Of a stretch of DNA of 63,231 nucleotides, positions 1-12,934 are shown piece after piece; the stretch's first letter is position 1; each line of letters begins with the position of its first letter. The stretch lies in assembly GCA_965644295.1 (NCBI GenBank), contig CBFFRP010000561.1, positions 1 through 63,231 on the forward strand, in the 5' to 3' direction. The position numbers and the translations under genes are program-made. The notes under the pieces were generated by a model, which saw only the letters and a list, made by a program, of their open reading frames with translations, did no database searches and was not told the origin of the DNA. The DNA is from Paraphysomonas bandaiensis (Eukaryota; Protista; Chrysophyceae).

Positions 1-76
1 CTGGGCAACATATGTCTCCCACATACCTCGCAAGGGATGTACTGATAGTCAGTAAGGCCAACAGCGCTGCAGAGGT

Positions 77-265
77 CATAACCATTGCAGTGCACAGATC
101 ATAACAACTGCAGTGTAAGAGGCCACAACCACTGTAGTGTACAGATCATAACCACTGTGGTGTGCAGATCATAACCACTGTAGTGTACAGATCATAACCA
201 CTGTGGTGTACAGATCATAACCACTGCAGTGTACAGATCACAACCACTGCAGTGTAGAGGTCATA
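77..265. repeat. 23-bp minisatellite, ~8 copies (consensus CATAACCACTGYRGTGTACAGAT)
   Basis: Direct tandem repetition visible in the sequence, with degenerate end copies. Confidence 0.9.
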
Positions 266-595
266 ATAATGGGAGCATCAAGAGACTATTGAGGGAGACT
301 GCCAGTGATCCATCCCGTGGCAGAGAGATTAAAGGGCTCCACTGTACGACGGACTCCTCATCGTTTGATCTGCTCCTGGAAAGGCAGCCCATTTCAGTGA
401 TGTTTTTACAAATACACAGACTTTGACATGAAAACCCCTCTTTTTTCTTAATCGTGCATATACATACACATACACTGTTATGTAGATATGACTGAATTGT
501 TCTGTTTGTTGTGATGCTCTACGAGCCATCAATATGTTGTGTGGTGTGTGCACGTATCTTAGACAGTCGCAATGTGTAATCAATGGACATAAGAA

Positions 596-719
596 CGACT
601 AGGTTTAATACTATAATTGGCTAGGTTGAGTCATTTATGGCTTTGACTAGGTTTTTACACCGAAAATGGAATGACTAGGAAAGTCCACCAAATTGACTAG
701 GTTGAATAATATATCCCTA
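596..719. repeat. Cluster of GACTAGGT(T) motifs ending in ATATCCCTA; possible hAT-type transposon end with subterminal repeats
   Basis: Five (GA/GG)CTAGG motifs in ~120 bp. The minus strand starts TAGGGAT, similar to hAT termini. No partner end found. Confidence 0.35.
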
Positions 720-1108
720 ATACTTTTCACACTGTTATTATCTTCATAGTTACTTATTGTGCATAGTTATACGTTATACCCTTTTCCAACCATTTCACCA
801 GGTTTTGGTATTACCTCGACAATCGTAAGTGGTGTTTGGTATCATGCTTTACTAATGTTACGATCGCACTGCCACGATAAAATCTATAAAGCTGTATACT
901 TTTGCCTTCTATCTGTGATAACCTTATTATTCATTGTCCTTGTATTTACTATTTCGAACATAAAGATATAAACGCCTACATAAAATAGTTCAAATGCACA
1001 AATGGTATTATTTTCCTGCACCAAAGCCTACAAGTATGAAGTATAGACCACCACGCTATTCGATGGGTATCATGAACAAAATACACCTAAGGGACGGCGA
1101 CCTTTTTA

Positions 1109-2882
1109 TCACGGACGAATTTTAGGTGAAGGGCGTTTTTTCGGAGGGGTCTCATAGTATGAATGCTTCACCCTAAAACCTGTCTCAGGAGGAACGGGAA
1201 CGGTGGATGGGTCAACGGTAGCACATAGATCTTTCCATTTCTTCGTAGCGGACTGTATATTTCAGCAATAGCAATTACATAAATAGAGGTGGAAATATAC
1301 AGCTTTACATACACGTAAATGATACTAACCACCATACACATTTACCTCAATAGTATAACCCTCGGCTGCGAGCTGGGATCTGTGAATGTCTTTCGCTGCT
1401 TCATATACAGCAAACTGCGAGGTATACAAGTATATCAGTACTAAATTGCGCACACCATGACACCCAGTCTGTACCATGTAGAACGCACATGACATATGAT
1501 ATGGTATATTTCACCCCACAATACTTAAACATTAACTCATACCTCATTTCGCAGATAGTTTTTAAAAGTTTCGACTACTGGCGCGCTGTACGCTGTGTAC
1601 GGGGATTCACGACTTGAATTAACGTGGTGGTTATTGTGCAAGAAACAAGAATCTTCCAGTAAATGGCGGGGGAATCGCTTCTGCAATAGAACAAACAGGG
1701 AAGGCATGCTCTCCTAAAACATATTCTTTTCAAACACAAGCCCTTGGAACTTAGCATTTTTATCGGCGACGGTTGTATTGCAGTCGCAAAAACACAGTTC
1801 AAAGTTACGCGTAGAGCACTTTCGCATACAAATTGCACGTTTCACACTTACCACATATCCAACAGCATAAAATTTGGCCAGATTTCGAATGGCAGCCATT
1901 GCAGTCGCATTTGTCGATTTATACGGGAGACCCTTTTGTCGTGACAACACCATTTCATAATTTTGAACGGTGAATTTCGGGTAGAAAACGTGAGGACCAT
2001 TTCTAAACGGTTTCGACATAAACAATCGCAACAATTGGTCAATATCAGACGGAGTTGCTTCCTTAGGCGTGTTCAATATCTTCCTGAATGTGTGGTACAA
2101 GGGTGTACTGGACAGGAAACAGTGCAATTATACAAGTAATACAATATTTGGTGCGAAGGGGCTATGAATGTGTTCATGACCAAGATATGCACATATTGTA
2201 CATTGTACCACCACTTATTCGAACATATGATAACAGCAGCGTATGGACGACTGTTCAAATACGAGTAATAACGACAGCATATGGGTATGATACCAACATA
2301 GTAAAAGTACTCTCTCCTACGTCACTATAAAGCCCTTACTTTAAGCTTTTACCAAAGTAATGAGTAACAAAACTGGTCACTTTGGGACGACTAAAATAAT
2401 GCAACGCCGAAAGATATCGTTCAAGGGGATCTCTAACAATTGTGACGAGCTGTGGCGCCACATTGGGACATGCAGATCTCTTTATACACCGGTTCATGTC
2501 ATTCCCGTACATCATATAGACACCGAGCACAAAGTGATCCTGAGGCCATAAGTTAAACCGATATAGCGACATATATTAACAACACACTAATACGCATATT
2601 CGAATCATACCATCGGTAGGCCGGGGCACCTCCTTCCATCGTTCCATTTGACGTATGGGTTAGCATCAGTCCTCATCATCAAGAAGTAGTCCTTTATAGT
2701 CTCCGATCCAACCTTATGAAACTACACACACAGACACATGACCGCAACACCACTGCACTGCCCTATATGAGTACCTTGACCAGTACAGGTCGAGATAAGT
2801 TATGACACAGAGGAGAGTCCGGTGGCAGAGACAGTGAGAGCTCACACACACATACCAATAAAACTAACAGCACACGCTGCAT
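1109..2882 (-). CDS. Secretory-pathway sulfotransferase (galactose-3-O-sulfotransferase / Sulfotransfer_2-like), multi-exon
   Basis: Spliced translation MQRVLLVLLVCVCELSLSL (signal/anchor)...VLVK|FHKVGSET (5'-PSB motif) and VTIVRDPLERYLSALHYF (3'-PB motif). GT-AG introns; stop TGA at 1109-1111. Internal exons only partly resolved. Confidence 0.75.
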
Positions 2883-3004
2883 ACCACTCAACAGAAACAC
2901 CTCCCGATATATCGATCTCAGGTTACACCTGAAGTAACAGCATTACTATATATGCTGGTTATGTAGCATATATCCGACTGAGCTGCTACCATCACAGTTA
3001 AATA

Positions 3005-3174
3005 CCTACATACATACATACATACATACATACATACATACATACATACATACATACATACATACATACCTACATACATACATACATACATACATACATA
3101 CATACATACATACATACCTACATACATACATACATACATACATACCTACATACATACATACATACATACATACA

Positions 3175-3208
<34 letters not shown>

Positions 3209-3450
3209 CATACATACATACATACATACATACATACCTACATACATACATACATACATACATACATACATACATACATACATACATACATACATACATA
3301 CATACATACAAACATACATACATACATACATACATACATACATACATACATACATACATACATACATACATACATACATACATACATACATACATACATA
3401 CATACATACATACATACATACATACATACATACATACATACATACATACA

Positions 3451-3484
<34 letters not shown>

Positions 3485-3502
3485 CATACATACATACATA
3501 CA
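3005..3502. repeat. (CATA)n/(TATG)n microsatellite, ~0.5 kb, with a few interruptions
   Basis: Seen directly, between the divergent sulfotransferase and WDR83 start codons. Confidence 0.99.
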
Positions 3503-3558
3503 CACAGTTCTTCATAGTGGGTATTCTGTCGGGGTGATGTTAATCACCGTTTTCTATA

Positions 3559-4836
3559 ATGTCTAGCGGTGTTCTCCCTCCCCCATTAAGAGGGCTCTCA
3601 GGCCACAGCGGAGCAGTGAACGCCATTCGCTTTACATCAGACGGTAACTACTGCATCTCCTGCTCTGATGATCGCTCTGTCAAGCTGTGGAACCCCCATA
3701 GAGACGATCCCTCTCAACACAGCAATGCTCTTCTGATTAAGTCGTATTCGGGAGTACATGGATATCAGATCTTGGATGTGGCTGTTACGACAGTGAGTGT
3801 TTGTTAGTGACCTCTATTGATATGAGTGTTCATTCCACAGTTGTAGTACTGTATTATCATATTACTATTGTATGGTTATGCGAGATAGATATGTGTAGTT
3901 TGATTGTGCCCATTGAATTAACTGTGGTGTAACAGGACAACGCGAAATTTGTTTCTGGTGGAGGAGATAAGACTGCTTTTCTGTGGGATGTTTCTTCAGG
4001 TCGAGTGATTCGGCGATTTCAATCTCATTCACAGCGAATCAATACTGTTCACATGAATGTGGATGGCACTCTTCTCTTCACCGGCTCTTACGATAAGCAA
4101 TTACATATATGGGACTTGCGGTCACACAACAGAGAGCCATTGCAAGTACTGACGGACTTCAAAGATAGCGTCACATGTGTGCAACACACACGCACTCAAA
4201 TCCTTGCCTCCTCTGTCGATGGCTACGTACGCACTTATGACTTGCGAATTGGACAGATGCATTCTGATAGCGTTTGTTCTGAGGGAGTTGTTTATGTGAA
4301 ACCTTCTTATGACATGAATTGCGCGTTGTCGACTTGCTTAGGTGGCACCCTGAAGCTTACAGAAATTAGATCTGGGCGACTGCTACAGTCCTATACAGGG
4401 TGGGTTGATGTGTATGTGCATGTGACTATTTGTGCATGTGTTTCATATGGTTAATGGTTGGCCTACCTGTGATGTATATATGCTACTTAATCACTTAATC
4501 TCTTCAGGCATGTGCACTCAGTTTATAAAACGGAAGCACACTTTACCAGTGACGATGGCAGAGTACTTGCGGTAAGTTTCTATACATACATCCTCTACAT
4601 ATTTTTTCTGTGAAATACAGATTTCATTGAATCTATAGGGATCGGAAGATGGCAAAGTACACTGCTGGGACCTAGTCAAAGGATCACTACTAACAACATT
4701 CAAAGCCCATAATAGAGCAATTTCATCAATAGCATATCATCCAACATTGGCATGCTTCTTATCAGCATCGTACGATGGTAGTATTAAATTTTGGAATGAT
4801 AGAGGAAGAACTGATAGCCAAAATTCAACGACATAG
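3559..4836 (+). CDS. WDR83: WD repeat protein 83 / MORG1 (4 exons: ~3559-3792, 3936-4399, 4509-4571, 4639-4836)
   Basis: GHSGAVNAIRFTSDGNYCISCSDDRSVKLWNP, YSGVHGYQILDVAV, SGGGDKTAFLWDV, SYDKQLHIWDLRSHNREPLQVL, SSVDGYVRTYDLR match MORG1/WDR83. Canonical introns. Confidence 0.9.
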
Positions 4837-5302
4837 ATAAGGGTTAGGGTTTTTGTATTAATATATAGGTGGAATATGTAGGGTTAAAATTAGGTGCAGA
4901 GTGTTGTACTTTCTCACAAATGAAATAGTTCGAAGTGCATCTTTTGTCTTAAATTTACTCATCCAATTGCTCTAGATTCGTTGTTGCGTTGTCCAATAGG
5001 CGTAAACACCTTTACGTGGGCCATTCTTCGATTCTGTGACGGCTCAGAAACGAAGATCTAATGCAGTTTATCTCTTAAAGTGGCTGTCTGAATAAGCACT
5101 AATTCCCCATGGAAAAAGGGCGTTAAGCTGCACTATTAGAGGATTAGTGACTATTAGATGTTGAACAAGATGGCTAAATTATTACTAATTTGAACCAACA
5201 TAATAAAAATATAGTGACTTGAGAGTCAAATGTTCTTTTGCATCATAATAATAACAACAGAAGTTCATTTTTATACTTTACTCTCTACTAGAATAATACA
5301 GG

Positions 5303-5490
5303 TAACATATTTGTCCCTATTTAATTTTATCGAAGTTCCTACTAAACTAAAAGTGCCATTGGTTCCTACTAAATATTTCTGGCGTCCCTCTTAAATATCG
5401 CATCTCAGTGTACATATAACATTTACCATATACGTAAGCAATTCAGTTTAACTATATAACATTATTTAGTAAGGAACAAAATGAATATCT
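5303..5490. repeat. AT-rich foldback/MITE-like element, copy 1 (GTTCCTACTAAA sub-repeats)
   Basis: 5303-5378 is similar to the reverse complement of 39703-39778 (ATATTTGTCC...AACTAAAAGTGCCA...CTACTAAAT). Confidence 0.55.
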
Positions 5491-5529
5491 GCACTAAACA
5501 ATGTTAAAACTAGTACTTAATTTAGCATC

Positions 5530-5878
5530 GTATTCTGTCCACTCATAGCCAAATGCTTGCGTAGTACGAAGGACACTAATTAGTGTCACTTCTAGTGTAG
5601 ACGTCTTTGGCCCCCTGATGAATAAACAGGATTCCGGGAATGGGACCACCTCAAGGGTAACCGGGGTATTGGGCTGACTACTGAAGTCAAGCATCTGGGC
5701 TGTTCCTAAATTCCTAAAGCAAGCAGATGATGTCATGTATATTGCTCACTGCGTTTGCTTTGAGCGATAGAGAAAACATGGTTGCACCTTGGTGCCTGTC
5801 GTGACGCACAAGCAGCCGTCGTATAAGCAGCACTGACTCTTAATCGCCTATTGCTAATAATAAGACAACATTCACTAC
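5530..5878 (+). repeat. Unclassified dispersed repeat (family R), copy 1
   Basis: Collinear similarity to 55570-55968 (TCATAGCC, GTGTAGACGTCTTTGG, GAATAAACAGG, CTGAAGTCAAGCATC, GACGCACAAGCAGC, CGCCTATTGCTAATAAT) and inverted similarity to 39907-40060 and 55997-56250. Confidence 0.8.
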
Positions 5879-6833
5879 AAGGTACAACAGCTAGTGATTT
5901 TTTCAAATAGCACATTCTCCCACTTATTGCTGCATTTGGCCTTCTTGAGAGTGCAAACGCTCCAACCGTATAGCCTGGTTTTGGATACATTGTATACGCA
6001 TATATAAGCATCTCCATTACTACTACATGTTATTACATGCATTAACACCAAACACCACCACTACTTACAGTAGTATTAGTACCTATACATATGTTCGGAG
6101 CTAACGCGGCCACAGCACATATAATTCCTAAATTTTGTTCTGATTCAACGCAGTCATCTACCCGGCCCCCAGTCGACCAACTTAATTATATTGTTATCAA
6201 ACTTTTTAAAGTTTAAGAAAGGTAACTAATTTCTCATTTGAATTTGCTGCATTGATTGGTTGAGCTTAAAATATTAAATAGTCACGAGGAGGAGGCAAGT
6301 TTGGGGGCTTGTTTTTTCCTCGTTACTCTTATCATAAACATTCAGCATATGTTTCGTAGGTTCTTTATTGAGTCCATGTAATTTTAACAACTGCTTTCGA
6401 CACAGACGGTTATAAACCGAAGCCTTAAACAAGCAAAAATCAGCACTCTACAGGATGCATTTTTCTCATACATCTGAAGAATCAGGATATGCAAAAGTAA
6501 TTATATATTTAGGACTCGTGTCAGATCTGTTGTCTTTACATGGACCATGCTAACCCATAAAATGAATCGAAAACGTCATTCATCAAGACATCAAGACTAA
6601 TCCCTCCGAACTGCCTTTTACATTAAAAGATTCGCCCATCCAATTATATGCACAACAACGACAAACTTCAACCAATCTATTGTCATAAACACTTTCAACA
6701 TAGTCACATGCATACTGTGTACACACTACATGCAAATCTACGCTTTGAAACGTACGGTTGCAACAAACTAGTTCGAACCACAACAATGTCTTCCACATAT
6801 ACTCCGGCACAGAGTTAAAAGAATATATATTAT

Positions 6834-7831
6834 TTAACATATATAGGCTGTTTTTGGCCCTTTGCTGATAGGAGATGGAGAAACGCCTTTGGACGCAGGG
6901 CTAGTAGCTGTGGTGGCCCGTCGTTTGCTTTGAGTGGTTTGAACTCGATTAGGGAGTCCTGGGAGCTGGCCAGAACGATTGCCGGGGTAGCCAGTTGTCC
7001 CTGGGCGACGTTGTTTAGTAATCGTAGCTTTGTTGGGCTTCATAATACCAACACCATCAGGAGGGTGCATAACTGCGTGTAAAAGTTCTTCCACTGCCTA
7101 TTGTGAAAGGTAAGAAGGGTGCATAGCTATGTTGACTTTACTAGTCACATACCTGTTCATCTCTATTGATACTTGCACCTGGTGTATCTGGCGCCCATAC
7201 GAATTGCTTCATTTTCCACTCTTGAAAGTGAGTCGGTCTGTCTTTTTCTTTCACTGCACAAATATCTTCATATGTGCTATCCACAACTACCCCTCGTTTG
7301 CTCATCATTTTCATGACTTGATTATCTGCATCTTGATACACAGATGCCTGAGAACCAACAAACGCATGAGGTGGGGAATTTGTGTCGTTCTCATCTCGAA
7401 GACGTCTTTTTAGTTGAATAATTTCAAGTCGAAGGGACTGAATTAAGTCATTGGCAACCTCTTCTTTTTGTGCAGACACATGGGCCGCTTTTCTGGCCTC
7501 CTCTAAATCCCTCCGTAAATATTTCATTGCAGTTTCATCACATTCAACAGCTTTCGATGCAACCTGCAGCTTCAACGCTGTTGAGACCAAATTCTCTTTT
7601 AGTCTACGTAACTGTAATCGTTGATAAGATTGAGCTAATATTAAACGAGGAACAGCAGACCTGTCGCAACAAATGCTTCTCACGATCCAAACTTTCATTG
7701 AGAGCTCTCAGCAATCGATGATGCTGTTAATGCAAACGAAGCATGTTACCAATGAACAGTCAGACAGTATACCGCAATACCTCTTCGAAGTAGGCTTCAA
7801 TGTCTGCCTTATAGTCGCAGTTCTTCTTCAT
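6834..7831 (-). CDS. Coiled-coil protein resembling the N-terminal region of CFAP58/CCDC146-family ciliary proteins, multi-exon
   Basis: LLRALNESLDREKHLLRQ...LVSTALKLQVASKAVECDETAMKYLRRDLEEARKAAHVSAQKEEVANDLIQSLRLEIIQLK parallels the CFAP58 N-terminus from memory. Start position uncertain. Confidence 0.55.
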
Positions 7832-8096
7832 GTTAACGCTACGCTACACTACACCCTATCATAACGAAAAAGCACTGATAGATGTCGAGTTCTTATAGAG
7901 TCTGGTTACAGGTTCTGTCGTCCTGGAAACACGTCCAGCATCTGGTGCGTTAAGAGAGATGCATCAGAGGGCGTGGTGTATACATAGATGTCCATACAGA
8001 ATACAGCAGCTCCTAAGTGGTATTTCATATACATGTACACTATATACTACATACTCAACACACTCCAAAAAAACCGTTTCGTTGAGAAAGAAGGTC

Positions 8097-8196
8097 CCCG
8101 GATACAACTCATAGGCCCCCGTATATAGCTCATAGTCCCCCGTATATAGCTCATAGTCCCCCGTATATAGCTCATAGTCCCCCGTATATAGTTCAT
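8097..8196. repeat. 21-bp minisatellite (CCCGTATATAGCTCATAGTCC), ~4.5 copies
   Basis: Seen directly, between two divergent genes. Confidence 0.9.
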
Positions 8197-8360
8197 CATA
8201 CATACTAAACATGCTGTTTATCCCAATAAATTGGTAACAAGTAGCCAGTACAGAAAAACAGCAGCTTCACAGCTAACGGCCGTTGAGTTCTTCCCTCCTC
8301 GAAGCAAGGCAGACCTTAATATTCTATTGAATCACCGCATAGATTAGCTTATTGTTCATT

Positions 8361-9780
8361 ATGGGAAACGGTGTATCGACACTCTCCACTGATGAGCGGG
8401 CCGAAATTGTTTCCGAAATGCGAAAACTGTACGCAGAGGCATCTGAGCGTGGCGAAATATCAGACTCAGAAATACACGATAAGCTCGCTATGAGTTATGA
8501 AGAACTAGTAAAGAAAAAGACAACTGTTAAGGTTTCGCAGAAGGTGAAGTCTGAAGTTAAGATCTCTTCAGGTAGAAAGAAGGTCCCGTCTAGAAGAAGA
8601 TCGTTTGAAAATCCTAACTTCACTAAGAATGCGCCCTCTGTAAAAGATCCTGTTGCGAAAAGCCTTCCACCACCACGTCCCCCTAAAAAAATAGATGAGC
8701 CCCAACTATCGTTGCCTGACTTTCCATCTGTCCCACCAAGTGTTTCCCCCGACATTGAAAGTCGGTCTGTAGATATTGAGCAACCATTGGTTCAGGCTGA
8801 AGCAGAAAATATACCACCCAATGGTGATTGATTCCCTTTTCACTTCTGGTTATCCATTAAAATTCTTTATGCTTTATGTTCTAGTTGATTCTTGGGATTC
8901 TGTAAGGGAGCAGCCATCTTGCTTGATTTGCAAAATTGTGTTTTCCAGTGCAACGAAATTAGATACTCATTTGAAATATTCAGTAAGGCATCTGGTTGAT
9001 AGTTTCCACTCTAATATTAATTCTACACTTACTATATAGGAGGTACATAAGAAAAATATGATTGCACTTGCTAAAGAGAAAGAAGATCGTGAAAGGCTTG
9101 ACGCCCCAAAACCCGAAGTGACTCCTGCTCTCTCATGCAACCGATGTCGGGAAGTATACAGTGGCTCCAAGTTTTTTTGGAGAGCCAAGAAAACAATTGA
9201 AATCAATTTATTTGTACATTTTGAACAGAAGTGCATTGAAGTATGTGCGTATGATAATTCAACCGGCGAGGAGTATCCTCGTATCTATTTGGACGACGAA
9301 GGGGTGTACAAATGCATTGGTGGTGACAAGGTTATTGAACAACGTGTACAAGCACGCACCGAGAATAATACAGCAGAAGATACTCCAGTTATTCCAGCTG
9401 AGGTATTACAAGATGAGGAGAGACGGCTCGCTATATCATCTCATATTATGTCTCGTCTACAATTGGTGGACAATGCTAGAAATACGGTGATTTACGCATA
9501 TGTTCCTACTATTGTTGCCCCAGAAGAACCTTCTCCTCTACATAACACAAAACCGGACCGTCTCACTCCGGTGCTAATTCCACGAAGACGACTGTCGAGC
9601 TCTGAAGAAATTGAGAATGTGCTGCGTAATATTGCTTCACTCGAGGAGGATCTGCAAAAGCGTACGGCTAATGCTGAGGAAGTAGTGCAAAATATGCTGA
9701 CGAAAAATGAACAGCTGCTGAAATCTAGCACAAGTACTGCTGGTATTGCTCTCACCAACGAGGATGTTGAGACTTTATAA
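8361..9780 (+). CDS. Hypothetical protein with N-terminal MG (possible myristoylation) and a single C2H2 zinc finger; 3 exons
   Basis: MGNGVS start. Spliced CLICKIVFSSATKLDTHLKYS|EVH zinc finger. Introns ~8825-8884 and ~8983-9039 are GT-AG. Long ORFs 8352-8831 and 9058-9780. Confidence 0.75.
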
Positions 9781-10997
9781 TAATATCGAAACAAAAGGAT
9801 CGATAAAAATAACACCAATATGATCAAGTGTGCAGCTAATACGATGATATACGATATAGTTTTGATTGTAGTAATGCTGGTATATATGACGACACGATCA
9901 CAATAACTTCCAATTGTAATGCGATAATAGTTTATTTTTTTCTGAAGACTAATATATACTTGTTGATTTTAGTAGTTGATATTCTCAACACTCAACTACA
10001 ACCTACTCCGAAGTACGCACTTGTAACTTGTTGATGTTTATCGCCTGAATTCTGTGTAGCAATGAAGAGCATAATCTACAAAACTACAAGAACAGAATTT
10101 GGAATCAAATCCTCTGCAGAGAAACTGAAGCTGTTAATGATATGACTTGTAGAAAGAAATATTGGTGTTGGTGATACATCTGTTTCTATAAAACCTTACC
10201 ACAACACAATCACATAATACTAATTAGTAAAATGGGTGTTGCTTGTTTGTTAGTACATCAGTACTAGCAGTTTATTTGAAAAACTATTAACTGTATGCAA
10301 TTCCTTACGCCAAGAGAAGATGAAAGGAAAGTATATCATGTAGTTAGAAGATAAGCACTTGTAGTTTCTTTAATGTGTGGCATGTTTCACTTTCAGAGAT
10401 AGTTGTAGTTCGCAGTACCCCATAACTTAAATTTCACACTATGACATGCTTTTATAATATTCGCATGCATATCACCCTTTATAGAAAGTTTAGTCCCAAT
10501 TACATTATATCATCATATCAAGGTACGGGGTTCTACTTTAATCGTGTGCTAGTTGAGCGCTCACAGCACATACATGCAATATATCATGCCACCTATACAG
10601 AAGTTGAACTGATAGTGTACATTCTAATATCTGCCGCTGTTTTCTTCCACACAGATAAAAGAGATACCATGCAGGCACATATCCTAACACCTTGCTTATA
10701 CTATACAACGCTGCAGCACCTTATGCAGTTTAAGTTTAGAAAGATGCAGATGTTGAGGTAGGACGACATATCGTATCTTCGACTGTAGGGGTGGAATACC
10801 ACGAAATACATACCAGGCGTGAGATGTCAAGATGTTCTGGAATAGAATATATGCATCTGTACCTATCCAAGTACTACGTACCCCTATAGTGTGAGATGTA
10901 CACCGGTACACGGAATGGAATAATATGCCTCGCTCATTTCCATACACAGCACTCCAGCAGCACGCCAACTCGACGAGGTAGCCTGTCCTCTTCAGTC

Positions 10998-11781
10998 ATG
11001 TTGAGAAGAGTTATTTGCACATCACCCTATGTGTTTGTAGCTCAGTCTAGAGCAGGGCTTGCGTTCACTGGCAAGTCTCTGCATAGGGCCACAGCTGTCG
11101 CGGCCCAGAGAAGACTCATGTGCACTAATCAAAAGGAGTCCTCTGAAGCACAGGAGAAAGAAATGGAAGATAAAGACAGAGCGGATGGTGCTTCAACTGA
11201 AAGCGACGTTTCTAGTGAAACCACTACTGCCAATGAGGAAAAAGTTGAGCCGAGTTTGGAAGAACTGAACAAAACTCTGGAGGCACAGGTCAAAGACTTG
11301 AAAGACAAAGTGTTGAGAGCCTATGCTGATGAAGAGAATGTTAGAAGAATTGCTAAACGTGATATTGAGAACGCTAGAGTGTATGCCAACACGAAATTTG
11401 CGAAGTCTCTCCTCGATGTTGCTGACAATCTTGAACGTGCACTACAAGCTGCATCTGCTGAGAAAGAAGGCGAAAATAAACCTTTTGACATCCTTGTCGA
11501 AGGCGTCACAATGACACATAATCAACTAAAGAAAGTTTTTGAGTCTCATGGTGTAGTCAAGGTATGTATGGGTAATAGAAGATAGCTGTGTATATTGTTA
11601 CCATATGTGGCAGTACGGTGAGGTGGGTGAGGCATTTGATCCTACCCTTCACGATGCGCTCTTCGAGATACCTGATCCCGAAAAACCTGAGGGCACTATT
11701 GGACAAGTTCTAAAGGCAGGATACAAGCTAAATGATCGAGTTATCCGCGCAGCGGAGGTAGGAACCACCAAAAAGCCATAG
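10998..11781 (+). CDS. grpE: Mitochondrial GrpE nucleotide exchange factor (Mge1/GRPEL)
   Basis: Arg-rich presequence; LRAYADEENVRRIAKRD, FAKSLLDVADNLERAL, EGVTMT; after intron 11562-11613, GEAFDPTLHDALF...GYKLNDRVIRAAEVG. Confidence 0.95.
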
Positions 11782-12249
11782 AAGTATTAGGGTAATTGCA
11801 AAGAGTAACTAGTCAATAGCATTGTGTTGTTTACCACTTCCAATTTCTGTACTTTCAATGTGGTTTGCACGAAATGTTATGCACACTGATTTCGTAGAAA
11901 TATTCTAGAAAGGTTAACTAAGTACGACATTTACGACCTGGGGTGTCTGAGTGTTACTATATCTCTTTATAGTTTATACTATCTATTCTGATATCATCCG
12001 TCAGAATTCACATGCATACGACTTAATACTGAACAGGCTGCTATTAACGTCTGTAGGTACAGGCAGTCCCAGAACATTCCCTTCATATATTTGGCCTTTG
12101 TACTTTAGTTCTATTTAACCACGCTGTATTGTCCCGCGTTCAAATTTTTGAAATCCCTCCTTATCACTCGGTTAAACTGTAGCTTTTCCTCATGATGTTG
12201 AAAAATGAAAACTCAGATTATTTCTAGGCGCACGACTGACGAAACATAA

Positions 12250-12880
12250 TGGACACTTGAAGACAAAGGGGTTTACATAGCAGGCGGTGGCTGGATAGAG
12301 GTTGACCGCATGCTAGGCCGTCACAAATACACTTTCTGTGAAATCGATGTTGCCCGAGCCATGGAACGCGTATTCACGACCGGACTATGGCACTGGCATC
12401 TTCCCAAAACACGCCGGCCGTATATATCACACACCCCATGATCACTGATTTTCAATCTCTTCGTGATCAATGGACTCTAGAGAATTATACTGCGCTCCGT
12501 GACCAACTCTACGGTCGTAATCTTGATCGCGCACCTGAATACTGGAAAGAGAGTGGTGCCTTACTTCCACACAAACTGGCCCTGACATACTGCGGCAGAT
12601 CCAAGGTTAAGAACAGTTCACAACTGTGACAGCGTATACTCAATACAGCCTTGACATGGGACAAATCCTTCAGCATCGGTAGGAATCGGGCTAAACCTAA
12701 ATATGGACTTGACCTGAAGAAAGCTACATGCTCTGACTGTGATTTTCAATTTGTTTTTCTCAAACATATGTGTCTTGATTGTCCACACGACTCCCTCTCC
12801 CAGATATACGAGAATCAGCCTTTCAAGACACAAGGAGAGACTCCGGGAATTACAACGAGACCCGACCCTACCACTACCTT
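12250..12880 (+). mobile_element. Decayed fragment resembling the C-terminal zinc-knuckle region of a non-LTR retrotransposon ORF
   Basis: Broken frames give ...WDKSFSIGRNRAK...CSDC...LKHMCLDCP (CxxC-H-C, zf-RVT-like spacing), with several frameshifts and stops. Confidence 0.4.
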
Positions 12881-12934
12881 GTAGTACCACCATTCTAAAA
12901 AAAAACTCTCCAGCAGAGCCTGGAACACCTCAAA

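Noticed and set aside
2918-3515. MYVC-repeat ORFs (also 59056-59651 and 60823-62457)
   Set aside because: Translations of stop-free (TATG)n in all three frames; not proteins.
5024-5056. Hairpin TCTTCGATTCTG...CAGAAACGAAGA
   Set aside because: Isolated short stem with no second copy or recognisable RNA family; the core is not a canonical hammerhead.
6284-6323. GC-rich hairpin ACGAGGA...TCCTCGT as a Helitron 3' end
   Set aside because: No CTRR terminus at the expected distance and no second copy in the window.
9992-10030. Weak inverted similarity to 16101-16140
   Set aside because: Too short and degenerate to call; at most an old repeat relic.
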